The notes below the pieces were generated by a model. The model worked only from the letters and a program-made list of their open reading frames with translations, was not told where the DNA came from and made no database searches. The position numbers were made by a program, and so were the translations under genes. From assembly GCA_002419215.1 (NCBI GenBank), contig DIFQ01000139.1:4732-68731 (forward strand): DNA of 64,000 nucleotides, given 5' to 3'. Shown here piece after piece: positions 56,279-64,000 of this stretch. Each line of letters opens with the position of its first letter. Within the stretch, counting starts at the first letter, position 1. This DNA is from Syntrophaceae bacterium UBA5744. Its GTDB lineage: Bacteria; Desulfobacterota; Syntrophia; Syntrophales; UBA2192.

Positions 56279-56959
56279 GTGGGTGATCAGGAGCCGCCCG
56301 GACGTCATCTAACCGCCATCGCTTCCGTTCCCCAAATCAACAGAGATCCGGCAGGAAACCAACCCTTGAACTCTGAAAGGAGTTTTTCCCCCGTGTCTCG
56401 TCAAGCCCATTCAATCAAAGCTCCCGTTCCGCCCAAAGAGGGTGCAAGCCGTATCCGAACCAAATCGGTGCGCCTTAAAAAACCCAACGGATCCGAGGGA
56501 GCGGAAACCCCGGAAATTTTCCTGTGGGCCGGATCGGAAAGCCTTTTCATTTCAGCAGACCTGCGCGGCGCGGATCCGGAAGATCTTCAGATCCGCGTGA
56601 GCGGCACACGCCTGATCTTCCACGGAACTCTCCGCCCGGGCCTAAACCCTGAAAAAGGAGGAATCCACCTGACGAAGGAAGCCCCATCGACGTTCAGCCA
56701 TGCACTGGATCTGCCCTATGAGGTCCATGCAGACGGGGCTGAAGTGCTAAACGAAAACGGGCTGATCTCGATCGTCCTGAAAAGGAAGGAGGCCAGGCAA
56801 CCAGGCGCTCGCGTCACGCAATCGTCCTTCGAGACGTCCATGCAGCGCTTTTTTGGCGAAAACGGGGTTTCTTCCAGGACCTTGAAAGACGAGATCACGA
56901 TTCTGGAGACCCTCGAGCGTTATCTCGAATATCACTTCGGGAAGGGGTTCGCCCGTTAG
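56279..56959 (+). CDS. Hsp20/alpha-crystallin-domain-like protein with N- and C-terminal extensions
   Basis: The core LFISADLRGADPEDLQIRVSGTRLIFHG ... FSHALDLPYEVHADGAEVLNENGLISIVLKRKE follows the ACD pattern. Start uncertain: the GTG at 56279, or an in-frame GTG at 56393 about 10 nt after AGGAG. Confidence 0.55.
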   Translation: MGDQEPPGRHLTAIASVPQINRDPAGNQPLNSERSFSPVSRQAHSIKAPVPPKEGASRIRTKSVRLKKPNGSEGAETPEIFLWAGSESLFISADLRGADPEDLQIRVSGTRLIFHGTLRPGLNPEKGGIHLTKEAPSTFSHALDLPYEVHADGAEVLNENGLISIVLKRKEARQPGARVTQSSFETSMQRFFGENGVSSRTLKDEITILETLERYLEYHFGKGFAR

Positions 56960-56979
56960 AAAAGAGGGGGGAAGACCCG

Positions 56980-57336
56980 ATGACACGTTCCATCCACGAG
57001 GCCTCGTGGCAAAGCAGGGAGCAGCCCGGGGAAGCGGGACGCCGGGAAACCAGGTTCGATCGTTTCCCCTGGAGCCACATCACCCAAAGCGAAAGAAAGA
57101 ACACACGGGTCACCACGTGGATCGGGTTCAGGGCCATCGTCGTTGCCCTGTCGTTTCCCGATGCCAATCCCGAAGACATCGAGATTTCCATTACGGGAAC
57201 CTGCCTTCAGATCAGGGGTGTGGCACAGAGCGATCTCGTCAGTCAGGAAATCAATCTCCCTTGCCCTGTCCAAACCCGTGCGATTCGAATCGAAGACGGC
57301 AGGGGGACGATCTATATCCTCCTGCGGAAGGAATAA
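56980..57336 (+). CDS. Second, shorter Hsp20/ACD-like protein
   Basis: ALSFPDANPEDIEISITGTCLQIRG ... INLPCPVQTRAIRIEDGRGTIYILLRKE parallels the preceding gene. Confidence 0.5.
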   Translation: MTRSIHEASWQSREQPGEAGRRETRFDRFPWSHITQSERKNTRVTTWIGFRAIVVALSFPDANPEDIEISITGTCLQIRGVAQSDLVSQEINLPCPVQTRAIRIEDGRGTIYILLRKE

Positions 57337-57579
57337 AGAACCACACGACTTTCCTGTATTCTGGAAGGAGAAGATTCGCACACCGTCCAAATGACCGTTC
57401 ATCCCGTAACCGGCTCCTGCTTCATACATGCCTGCCAGTCAATCTGATTGTTTGATTTCCGGCAGCTTCATGATCCGTTTTTTATTGATTGCGGAACAAG
57501 AAATGTCTTGCTGTCAAAGGTCTCGAGGTCAACGGGTGTTTTCTCATGGATGATTCCCCTGTGAAAAGGAGGCTGGATC

Positions 57580-58022
57580 ATGAGGATGACAGCGTCTCGG
57601 GTCGAGGAATGGCTTCGCAGGAACCGTCGAAGAATGATCCAGTGTCCCTACCAGCCGGGGAATTTAAGGATCACTCTCTGGGGCTGCAAACGGCGCAAGT
57701 CGCAGGCGAGAAGGGAGGATTTCACGGACCTGATGAAGGGGGACTACTTCGATTACGTATACAAGAACGGGCTTCTGCGGTGCCGCGATTGCAAGTTGCC
57801 GGAATGTCTCCGCACGGAATCTCGTGTTGTCGGGCCCCGCAGTGGCTCGATGATTGTCCCTGCATCGACAGGGCGCAGGAAGCGCTGAAGCGATTCGCTC
57901 CATTCGAGAGGATCGAACAAAGCATGGATCTGCATGGGCTGGCAGCGGAATGGACCGGGGCGGCCCCGCCAGAGGGTCTCCGCCCCTGGAAACAGGGCGG
58001 CTCCTCGCGTCGTGAAAAATAG
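57580..58022 (+). pseudogene. Cys-rich small gene apparently split over two frames (frameshift near 57805-57830)
   Basis: Frame 1 starts 7 nt after AGGAGG and reads protein-like up to CRDCKLPECL. An overlapping frame then reads CCRAPQWLDDCPCIDRAQEALKRFAPFERIEQSMDLHGLAAEW and stops at 58022, 10 nt before the USP start. Confidence 0.35.
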
Positions 58023-58032
58023 GAGGTGTGCC

Positions 58033-58485
58033 ATGTTCCAGCCGAAAACCATCCTGGTGCCGACCGATTTTTCCGTGTTTTCCGAAAGGGCATTCCGCAA
58101 GGCGCTCGAGATCTCGAAATCCTGTGCGGCGAAGATCCATGTCCTCCACGTCGTGAGGTTGTTGCCGTTGGCTGTGGGGGATTACTGGTTTGACGAGCCG
58201 CAGATCAGGCGGATTCAGGCGGATATCGAAAAGGCATCCCGGGACGAAATCGGGAGCTTCGTCGGCAAGTTCCCGGAAGCCGAGGGCATGCCGATCGAGG
58301 TTGACGTGCAGAGCGGCGTACCCTACGAGCAGATCGTGAAGGATGCGGCAGACAGGGGCATCGACCTCATCGTCATGGCCCCGCGCGGGAAGACGGGCAT
58401 CAAGGAGCATCTCCTGGGCGGCACGGCAGACAGGGTCATCCGTCATGCCGCCTGCGATGTGCTCATTGTCCGCGACAGGGAGTAA
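58033..58485 (+). CDS. Universal stress protein (UspA family)
   Basis: The ATG at 58033 follows AGGAGG. ILVPTDFS ... and the ATP-binding tail GKTGIKEHLLGGTADRVIRHAACDVLIV. Confidence 0.9.
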   Translation: MFQPKTILVPTDFSVFSERAFRKALEISKSCAAKIHVLHVVRLLPLAVGDYWFDEPQIRRIQADIEKASRDEIGSFVGKFPEAEGMPIEVDVQSGVPYEQIVKDAADRGIDLIVMAPRGKTGIKEHLLGGTADRVIRHAACDVLIVRDRE

Positions 58486-58593
58486 CGTTTGATTGCGGCA
58501 GACCGTTCCAGGTCTCGAGCCCAAAGGGGCCCGGGCAGGATCGACCCGCGAACGATCCGATCGCCCCGGTTTCCCTGCGACAGGAGGAAGCGC

Positions 58594-58869
58594 ATGAAAA
58601 GGGTCGAAAACAAATCGAGTCAAAGGGTCTCGTTTACCTACCACTCGCCTGACGCGGCGGAAGTCTTCATCGCCGGCACGTTTAACGACTGGGATCCACG
58701 CAAGAATCCATTCAAGAAATATTCAACGGGCTGGAAAGCCGTCAAATATCTTGCACACGGCATCTATGAATACCGATTCATCGTCGATGGGATCTGGGTG
58801 GATGACCCTGCCTGTCAGAACCGTCGGCCGAATCAATACGGGAGTGAGAATTGCGTCCTGGAGGTGTGA
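58594..58869 (+). CDS. Stand-alone CBM48 / AMPK-beta glycogen-binding-like (E-set) domain protein
   Basis: The ATG at 58594 follows AGGAGG. VSFTYHSPDAAEVFIAGTFNDWDP ... YEYRFIVDGIWVDDP is the typical CBM48 pattern. Confidence 0.75.
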   Translation: MKRVENKSSQRVSFTYHSPDAAEVFIAGTFNDWDPRKNPFKKYSTGWKAVKYLAHGIYEYRFIVDGIWVDDPACQNRRPNQYGSENCVLEV

Positions 58870-58935
58870 TTCTCCGGAAGCGAAATGTCGGCATCCTTGA
58901 TCAACCTGAATAATTCCATAAGGAGATCGTTCATT

Positions 58936-59190
58936 ATGAAAGACGCATCCAGAGAGATCTTGCGGTTCTGGAAAGTTCAATGGGAAGCGTACATGAAGTC
59001 AATGGTGGCCATGCAGGAGCAGGGGGAGACGATGCTGGAGATGATCCAGAAAAGCGGTGTCCTACAGGAAGGATCGCAAAAAATGGTCAGGGAGTGGGCG
59101 GATAAATACAAGTCAATCCAGAAGACGTATCTGGATATGGTTGAGGACCACTTCAAGAAGCTCGAGGATATTTTCGGGAGTGCCCCGTAA
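58936..59190 (+). CDS. Small helical protein, phasin-like (weak call)
   Basis: The ATG at 58936 follows AAGGAG. 84 aa, amphipathic helical, Met/Glu/Lys-rich (WKVQWEAYMKSMVAMQEQGETMLEMIQK). Confidence 0.45.
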   Translation: MKDASREILRFWKVQWEAYMKSMVAMQEQGETMLEMIQKSGVLQEGSQKMVREWADKYKSIQKTYLDMVEDHFKKLEDIFGSAP

Positions 59191-59418
59191 TGATGGACAG
59201 TCCGAAAAGCTGCAGCTCCTCCCGGGTGTTCCCTCGAAAAAGGCTGTGAACTGCTTCGTCGTTTTGCCGTGGAGCGCTCCCATGAAGTTCGGTGGGCGGC
59301 CGTGAGAAATGTGGCCACGGCCAGGATTTCCGAAAGGGTCGTCATGGCCGTATCAGGCTGCAGGGCGAGGGCGTTTTCGACCGCTGCAACATCGCGTCCG
59401 CAGAAGACTTATCAGGCA

Positions 59419-59526
59419 GGCAACAAAATATCGCAATCGCGCCATTCCCGCGAAGGCGGGAATCTACAAGTGACCGGATGCCGGATCGAGTCCGGAATGA
59501 CAGGGTTGCGATGTTTAGTTGCCGCA
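59419..59526. repeat. Repeat module B, copy 2 (uninterrupted)
   Basis: GGCAACAAAATATCGCAATCGCGCCATTCCCGCGAAGGCGGGAATCTACAAGTGACCGGATGCCGGATCGAGTCCGGAATGACAGGGTTGCGATGTTTAGTTGCCGCA. It has nested complementary segments: GGCAAC/GTTGCC, ATCGCAA/TTGCGAT, ATTCCCGC/GCGGGAAT and CCGGA/TCCGG. Confidence 0.75.
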
Positions 59527-59610
59527 ATAATGAGCCTGGCTGCACAAAAGAGGCAGTTATAGCGGGATCGGCAGGAGCAACAGCTCCATTTTACTTACGC
59601 TGAGCCCAAA

Positions 59611-59782
59611 AATGAGAAAGGGGTCGTGGCTTTCAGGGCCACGACCCCTTGATTGTCCTGGTGCGTCAGTGCGGGGTCCCTTCGACAGGCGAACGTGTCC
59701 TGAGCTTGTCGAGGGGGGGCATGCTCGCTGCCGGCACCCGGACTTTCGGCTAATCGTTGAAAACAGGCCATTCCCCATCATC
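59611..59782 (-). ncRNA. Candidate small RNA / repeat module A, copy 2
   Basis: 13-bp perfect stem (59618-59630 / 59638-59650) with a 7-nt loop and a minus-strand tail TCTCATTTTTGGG. The stem sequence differs from copy 1 but the geometry is the same. Confidence 0.3.
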
Positions 59783-60086
59783 TTCTCCTCTCACGTATTG
59801 CCCCCCTGCCTGCCTCACCTGCTGCGTTTCACATCGTGACAGCCCCTGTTCATGGCGATTGGCGGCTCAACGGGCAGGACGCGAGACCGCGCCTGGGGGC
59901 GCGACGGTGCGTGTTCCCGAAATCCCCGGGCGATTTTGCAGGGTTCCGAGCGATCCCGAAGTTACTTTTTTGTAATCATAACCCGCGTTTATTGCATCCT
60001 CAACCCTGGCGGGATCATCCTTTTCCCTTGACACAATCGCCTGCTTTCTATCTATACTCCAACTCTGCATTTTGAGGTTAGACGGC

Positions 60087-60353
60087 ATGAAATACTGGAG
60101 AAAACCCCTGGATGAAGCGGCTGCGGGGAAGAGCCGGGGCGAGATCGTTGTGATCGTGGACCGGTGCAAGGGGTGCGGCTTCTGCATCGCCTACTGTCCC
60201 CGGGGGGTGTTGCGCCTGTCCTCCGGTTTCAACAAGAAGGGCTATCACCCCCCCGAGGTCGTGAATGCACCGAAGTGCGCCGCCTGCCACTTCTGCGAGG
60301 CCCTGTGCCCGGAGTTTGCCATCTACGTCGTCGAGCCCGACACGAAAACCTGA
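60087..60353 (+). CDS. korD: 2-oxoacid:ferredoxin oxidoreductase delta subunit (2x[4Fe-4S] ferredoxin)
   Basis: CKGCGFCIAYCP and CAACHFCEALCP motifs. First gene of the delta-alpha-beta-gamma order. Confidence 0.8.
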   Translation: MKYWRKPLDEAAAGKSRGEIVVIVDRCKGCGFCIAYCPRGVLRLSSGFNKKGYHPPEVVNAPKCAACHFCEALCPEFAIYVVEPDTKT

Positions 60354-60376
60354 ATGTCCGGTTGAGGAGCGAAGAG

Positions 60377-61537
60377 TTGTCCGATAAATCGGTCCTGACG
60401 GGAACCTGGTTCATGAACGGGGATCATGCCTGCTGCGAAGGGGCCCTGGCGGCGGGGTGCCGTTTCTTTGCCGGCTATCCCATCACGCCCGCCACGGAAG
60501 TCGCCGAGCGCATGTCCCGCAGGCTCCCGGAGCTGGGCGGCATCTACATCCAGATGGAGGATGAGCTGGCCTCCATGGCGGCCATCCTCGGGGCGAGCTG
60601 GGGGGGTGTGAAGGCCATGACGAGCACCTCCGGTCCGGGCTTCTCCCTCATGATGGAAAACATCGGCCTGGGCATCTGCACGGAGACCCCCTGCGTGGTC
60701 TGCAACGTCCAGCGGGCCGGTCCCAGCACGGGCCTGCCCACGCTCGTGGCTCAGGGGGACATGATGCAGGCCCGCTGGGGATCGCACGGTCACTACGAGA
60801 TCATCGCCCTGTCGCCGTCGAGCCCGCAGGAGATGTTCGATTTCACGATCCGGGCCTTCAACCTCAGCGAGCAGTACCGGCTGCCCGTGATCATCCTGGC
60901 CGATGAGGTCGTGGGGCACATGAACGAGCGGGTCGTGATCCCTCCGGCCGGGGAGATCGAGGTGGTGAAGCGGCGCAAGCCGACGGCGCCGCCCGGGGAG
61001 TATCGGCCCTACCAGCCCGATGCCGACGGGGTGGCCCCCATGGCCGGCTGCGGGGAGGGATACCGGATCCACGTCACGGGCCTGACGCACGACGAGCGCG
61101 GATACCCGGGGATGAACGCCGCAACCCAGGAGCAGATGATGGAGCGCCTCATCCGAAAGATCCGCGCCAACCGGGATTCGATCATCCGGACGGAAAACGT
61201 GTTCCTGGACGACGCCGAAGTGGTCGTCGTGGCCTACGGGATCAGTGCGCGCTCCGCCCGGCATGCCGTCCAGGAGGCGCGGGCAAAGGGGATCCGGGCG
61301 GGACTCATCAAGCTCGAGACGGTCTGGCCGTTCCCCGAAGAGCTGATCCGGTCCGTGGCTTCCCGCGTCCGCGCCCTTGTCATGCCGGAAATCAACGCCG
61401 GCCAGATGGTGCTCGAGATGGAGCGCTGCGCGGGCGGTGCCTGCCCCGTGAGAATGGTGGCGCACCACGGGGGCGCCCTGATTCCCCCGGCAAAAGTCCT
61501 CGATGCCGTTCGGAAAGCGTTGAAGGGACGCCCATGA
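60377..61537 (+). CDS. korA: 2-oxoacid:ferredoxin oxidoreductase alpha subunit
   Basis: NGDHACCEGALAAGCRFFAGYPITPATE ... TSGPGFSLMMENIG is typical. Start uncertain: in-frame TTG at 60377 (after GGAG), TTG at 60362, or ATG at 60413. Confidence 0.9.
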   Translation: MSDKSVLTGTWFMNGDHACCEGALAAGCRFFAGYPITPATEVAERMSRRLPELGGIYIQMEDELASMAAILGASWGGVKAMTSTSGPGFSLMMENIGLGICTETPCVVCNVQRAGPSTGLPTLVAQGDMMQARWGSHGHYEIIALSPSSPQEMFDFTIRAFNLSEQYRLPVIILADEVVGHMNERVVIPPAGEIEVVKRRKPTAPPGEYRPYQPDADGVAPMAGCGEGYRIHVTGLTHDERGYPGMNAATQEQMMERLIRKIRANRDSIIRTENVFLDDAEVVVVAYGISARSARHAVQEARAKGIRAGLIKLETVWPFPEELIRSVASRVRALVMPEINAGQMVLEMERCAGGACPVRMVAHHGGALIPPAKVLDAVRKALKGRP

Positions 61538-62421
61538 AGATTCGGAAGCCCTCCAAGGAACCGCCAGTCCACCCCAAAGACTCCCTGCTGCGGGTGGAGC
61601 GGATTCCCCATATCTGGTGCCCGGGCTGCGGGATTGGCACGGTCTTCGGCGCCGTCATGGGCGCCATCCAGAAGTCCGGCTGCGATCTCGACCGGCTGGC
61701 GATGGTGTCGGGCATCGGCTGCACGGGGCGCATGGCCGGCTACATCCGGCTCGATTCCTTCCACACCACGCACGGCAGGGCCATTCCTTTCGCGACGGGG
61801 CTGAAGCTCGCCCGGCCGGAGACGAAGGTGCTCGTCGTTTCCGGCGACGGAGACCTCCTGGCCATCGGTGGAAACCATTTTATCCACGCGGCCCGGCGCA
61901 ACATCGACCTGACCGTCATCTGTGTGAACAATCTGAATTACGGCATGACGGGAGGGCAGCAGGCCCCGAGCACGCCCTTCGGGGCCAGGACCCCCACCAG
62001 TGTCGCCGGCTCGCCGGAGGAGCCCTTCAACTTCTGCCACCTCGCGGCCGCCTGCGGGGCCGTCTACGTCGCACGCTGGACCGCCCTGCACATCCGGCTG
62101 CTGACGAACGCCATTACGGAAGCGATGCAGAAGCGGGGGTTCAGCTTCCTGGAAGTCCTGACGCCATGCCCCTCTTCCTTCGGCCGCCGGAACAAGATGG
62201 GCAGCGCGCTCGACACGCTGAAGTTCTATCACGACCGCTCCGTGATCCGGAACGGCATCGACCCCAGGGATGCGCTGCTGGACTACGACAACCAGATCGT
62301 CGTGGGCCGGTTCGTGGACATCGAGCGGCCCACGTTCACGGACAACTACGAGGCGGTCAACCTGCGTCACGCCATGCCGTCGCCCGAGCCGGAGCGACCG
62401 CAAGGCCGGAGGAAGCCGTGA
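61534..62421 (+). CDS. korB: 2-oxoacid:ferredoxin oxidoreductase beta subunit (TPP-binding)
   Basis: WCPGCGIG ... SGIGC ... GDGD ... NNLNYGMTGGQ motifs. The start overlaps the korA stop. Confidence 0.9.
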   Translation: MKIRKPSKEPPVHPKDSLLRVERIPHIWCPGCGIGTVFGAVMGAIQKSGCDLDRLAMVSGIGCTGRMAGYIRLDSFHTTHGRAIPFATGLKLARPETKVLVVSGDGDLLAIGGNHFIHAARRNIDLTVICVNNLNYGMTGGQQAPSTPFGARTPTSVAGSPEEPFNFCHLAAACGAVYVARWTALHIRLLTNAITEAMQKRGFSFLEVLTPCPSSFGRRNKMGSALDTLKFYHDRSVIRNGIDPRDALLDYDNQIVVGRFVDIERPTFTDNYEAVNLRHAMPSPEPERPQGRRKP

Positions 62422-63008
62422 CGGCAAGCCCCGAAAGACAGGTTTTCATCACGGGCTTCGGCGGCCAGGGCATCGTCATGGCCGGCGACATCCTGGGCAA
62501 GGCCGCAACCCTCTACGACCGAAGGCATGCCACCATGATGCAGACCTATGGCCCGGAGGCGCGGGGCGGTTCCTGTTCCAGCCAGGTCATCATCTCAGAC
62601 CGGGAGATCCTCTTTCCCTGCATCGGGGAGCCCGAGGTGCTGATCTGCATGAGCCAGGAGGGCTATACGAAATACGTCAAGACCCTGCGCCGACGCGGAA
62701 CACTCATCTGGGATACCGATCTCGTCAAGTCCCGGAAGTCGGCTGCAGGCCTGACCACATTCAACATCCCGGCGACGCGCTTTGCCGAGGAGCTGGGCAG
62801 CACGATGATGGCCAACATCGTCATGCTCGGTTTCCTTGCCGCCGTGCAGAACGTGGTGAGCGCCGGGGCGCTGCGCGACGCCGTCGCGGATTCCGTCCCT
62901 CCGGCAACGAAGGAAAACAACATCCGGGCCTTCGACAGGGGCCGCGAGTACGGCGAGGCGATCCTGAAGGGTCGCGCAAAACAGGGGCTTGCCGGAGAAT
63001 CCGCATGA
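62418..63008 (+). CDS. korC: 2-oxoacid:ferredoxin oxidoreductase gamma subunit
   Basis: The GTG at 62418 overlaps the korB stop. ITGFGGQGIVMAGDILG ... YGPEARGG motifs. Confidence 0.85.
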   Translation: MTASPERQVFITGFGGQGIVMAGDILGKAATLYDRRHATMMQTYGPEARGGSCSSQVIISDREILFPCIGEPEVLICMSQEGYTKYVKTLRRRGTLIWDTDLVKSRKSAAGLTTFNIPATRFAEELGSTMMANIVMLGFLAAVQNVVSAGALRDAVADSVPPATKENNIRAFDRGREYGEAILKGRAKQGLAGESA

Positions 63009-64000
63009 AACGTCCATCTTCAGCCGGGACCGTGAAGAAGGCCATCCTGCTCGTCGGTTCGGGTTACGGGGCCCTGAAAGTGGCGCAGGACCTGGCCCAG
63101 TCCGGACATTTTCTCGTCTGGGTGACAAAGGCCCCCCATTTTCTCGAACTCCCCGTCGGCCGCGCCAGTTTCGTGGAGTGGCCCGAAGATCTCGAGTTCC
63201 AGTTCAGGCCCCTGTATCTGCGGGTCACCCGCCACCCGAGGGTGACGACCCTGACCCACACCCGGATCGAGTCTATCGAGCAGGGTCCCGAGGGGTATCG
63301 CGTCGTTGCCGTCCAGGATCCCCTCTTCGTGGATTACGACCTCTGCACCGGCTGCGGCCGCTGCATGGAGGTCTGTCCGATTCAGAACACGGCCAACCCA
63401 CCCCTGCGCAGAACACCGGCCTATTGCCCCTCGCGAGCCCTGGATCTGGACAAGCGCAAGCCCGGTCCCTGCCGGACGGCCTGCCCGCTGGGAGTGAACG
63501 TGCAGGCCTACATGGCCCTGACGGCAGCCTCCCGCTTCGACGAGGCCCTCGCCGTCATCCGCCGGGACAATCCCCTGCCGGGCATCTGCGGGCGGGTCTG
63601 CCACCATCCCTGCGAGCAGTCCTGCCGCCGCGCGGAGCTCGACGAGGCCGTGGCCATCTGCTCGGTGAAGCGCTTCCTGGCGGACCGGGAACTTTCGGAG
63701 AAACAGCCCCGCTTCGACGAAACCGGGAAGGACAAACGATCCGAACGAATTGCCGTCATCGGCGCCGGCCCCGCAGGGCTCACGGCCGCCCACTACCTCA
63801 ACCGGGCGGGGTTTCCCGTCACGATCTTCGAGGCCCACCACGAGGCCGGGGGGATGCTCAGGCTCGGCATCAACGCCTTCCGCCTGCCCCGGGCCGTCCT
63901 CGATGCCGAGATCGGCGCCATTGTCGAATCCGGCGTCGAGATCCGCGCGGGCACCGCGGTCCGTGCGCTTAAAGACCTGTTCGACGAAGGGTTCCGGGCA
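63005..64000 (+). CDS. GltD/NfnB-like NAD(P)H oxidoreductase with an N-terminal HdrA-like dinucleotide/ferredoxin segment (3' end outside the window)
   Basis: Not in the ORF track because it runs off the window. My own translation from the ATG at 63005 (overlapping the korC stop, ATGA) gives LLVGSGYGALKVA, CTGCGRCMEVCP, CPLGVNVQAYM ... GICGRVCHHPCEQSCRR, then IAVIGAGPAGLTAAHYL ... FEAHHEAGGMLRLGI. Confidence 0.8.
   Translation, partial: MKRPSSAGTVKKAILLVGSGYGALKVAQDLAQSGHFLVWVTKAPHFLELPVGRASFVEWPEDLEFQFRPLYLRVTRHPRVTTLTHTRIESIEQGPEGYRVVAVQDPLFVDYDLCTGCGRCMEVCPIQNTANPPLRRTPAYCPSRALDLDKRKPGPCRTACPLGVNVQAYMALTAASRFDEALAVIRRDNPLPGICGRVCHHPCEQSCRRAELDEAVAICSVKRFLADRELSEKQPRFDETGKDKRSERIAVIGAGPAGLTAAHYLNRAGFPVTIFEAHHEAGGMLRLGINAFRLPRAVLDAEIGAIVESGVEIRAGTAVRALKDLFDEGFRA

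Noticed and set aside
57489-57810. 5' part of the 177-aa ORF 57489..58022
   Set aside because: It has no SD and an unconvincing sequence (MRNKKCLAVKGLEVNGCFLMDDSP ... SGRGMASQEP). Only its 3' portion looks coding, and that portion is treated as the second half of the frameshifted gene.
57664-58644. 326-aa minus-strand ORF across the Cys-rich gene, USP and the CBM48 start
   Set aside because: It is antisense to a well-supported USP gene and is Arg/Pro/Asp-rich. The same applies to 60323..61468, 61234..62427 and 63020..63841 opposite the kor genes, and 51806..52885 opposite the histidine kinase.
58977-59345. 122-aa minus-strand ORF overlapping the phasin-like gene. Its 5' part (59200-59345, MTTLSEILAVATFLTAAHRTSWER...) might be a gene remnant.
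   Set aside because: The 3' two-thirds is antisense to an SD-led plus-strand gene. The 5' part is too short and motif-free to call even as a pseudogene fragment.
59470-59500. tRNA-like T-arm word (GGATCGAGTCCGG) and its twin at 54318-54340
   Set aside because: There is no acceptor stem, D-arm or anticodon arm around it. It is the small hairpin inside repeat module B. I found no tRNA, rRNA, tmRNA or RNase P signatures in any intergenic gap.

Overview
This is a high-GC window with a Gram-negative envelope and an anaerobe-type gene set (Tol-Pal, OMPLA, 2-oxoacid:ferredoxin oxidoreductase, radical SAM, ADP-forming acyl-CoA synthetase). That fits a deltaproteobacterium-like organism, but taxonomy is inference only. 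Most of the window is housekeeping. On the minus strand: pyrR-pyrB-pyrC, recO, glyQ-glyS. On the plus strand: tolQ-tolR-tolA-tolB-pal-cpoB. Then a TPR / polysaccharide-deacetylase / ctpA block, a MinD-like ATPase, a GGDEF protein, OMPLA, an MBL hydrolase, a secreted papain-like protease, DUF1846, an M50 protease, a B12-radical SAM enzyme, a two-component system and a korDABC-type oxidoreductase. Two visibly more A/T-rich accessory stretches stand out. The first (about 33.3-37.7 kb) holds an IS200-like/RAYT transposase, VapBC, a DUF1624 membrane protein and a GYD protein. The second (about 53.7-60.0 kb) holds a PAS-LuxR regulator, two Hsp20-like proteins, a Cys-rich frameshifted gene, USP, a CBM48 domain protein and a phasin-like protein. 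The signals I consider most unusual are non-coding. (1) A pervasive family of intergenic hairpin elements whose arms are built of tandem 7-8-nt units, with one architecture but several unrelated unit sequences. (2) Two paralogous ~170-nt modules that each end in a minus-strand intrinsic terminator with no minus-strand gene to terminate. (3) A transposase flanked by 19-bp inverted repeats whose flanks share words with the hairpin family. Protein-level oddities are an orphan HepT-like gene fused into an operon with a cysteine hydrolase and a mini-zincin, a large lipoprotein with a caspase-like His/Cys dyad pattern, and a kor operon translationally coupled to a GltD/HdrA-like flavoprotein. CDS starts were refined by counting residues within the supplied ORFs. 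Hand-located non-ORF coordinates may be off by 1-2 nt. No database search, folding or GC computation was possible, so all family calls rest on motif recognition.
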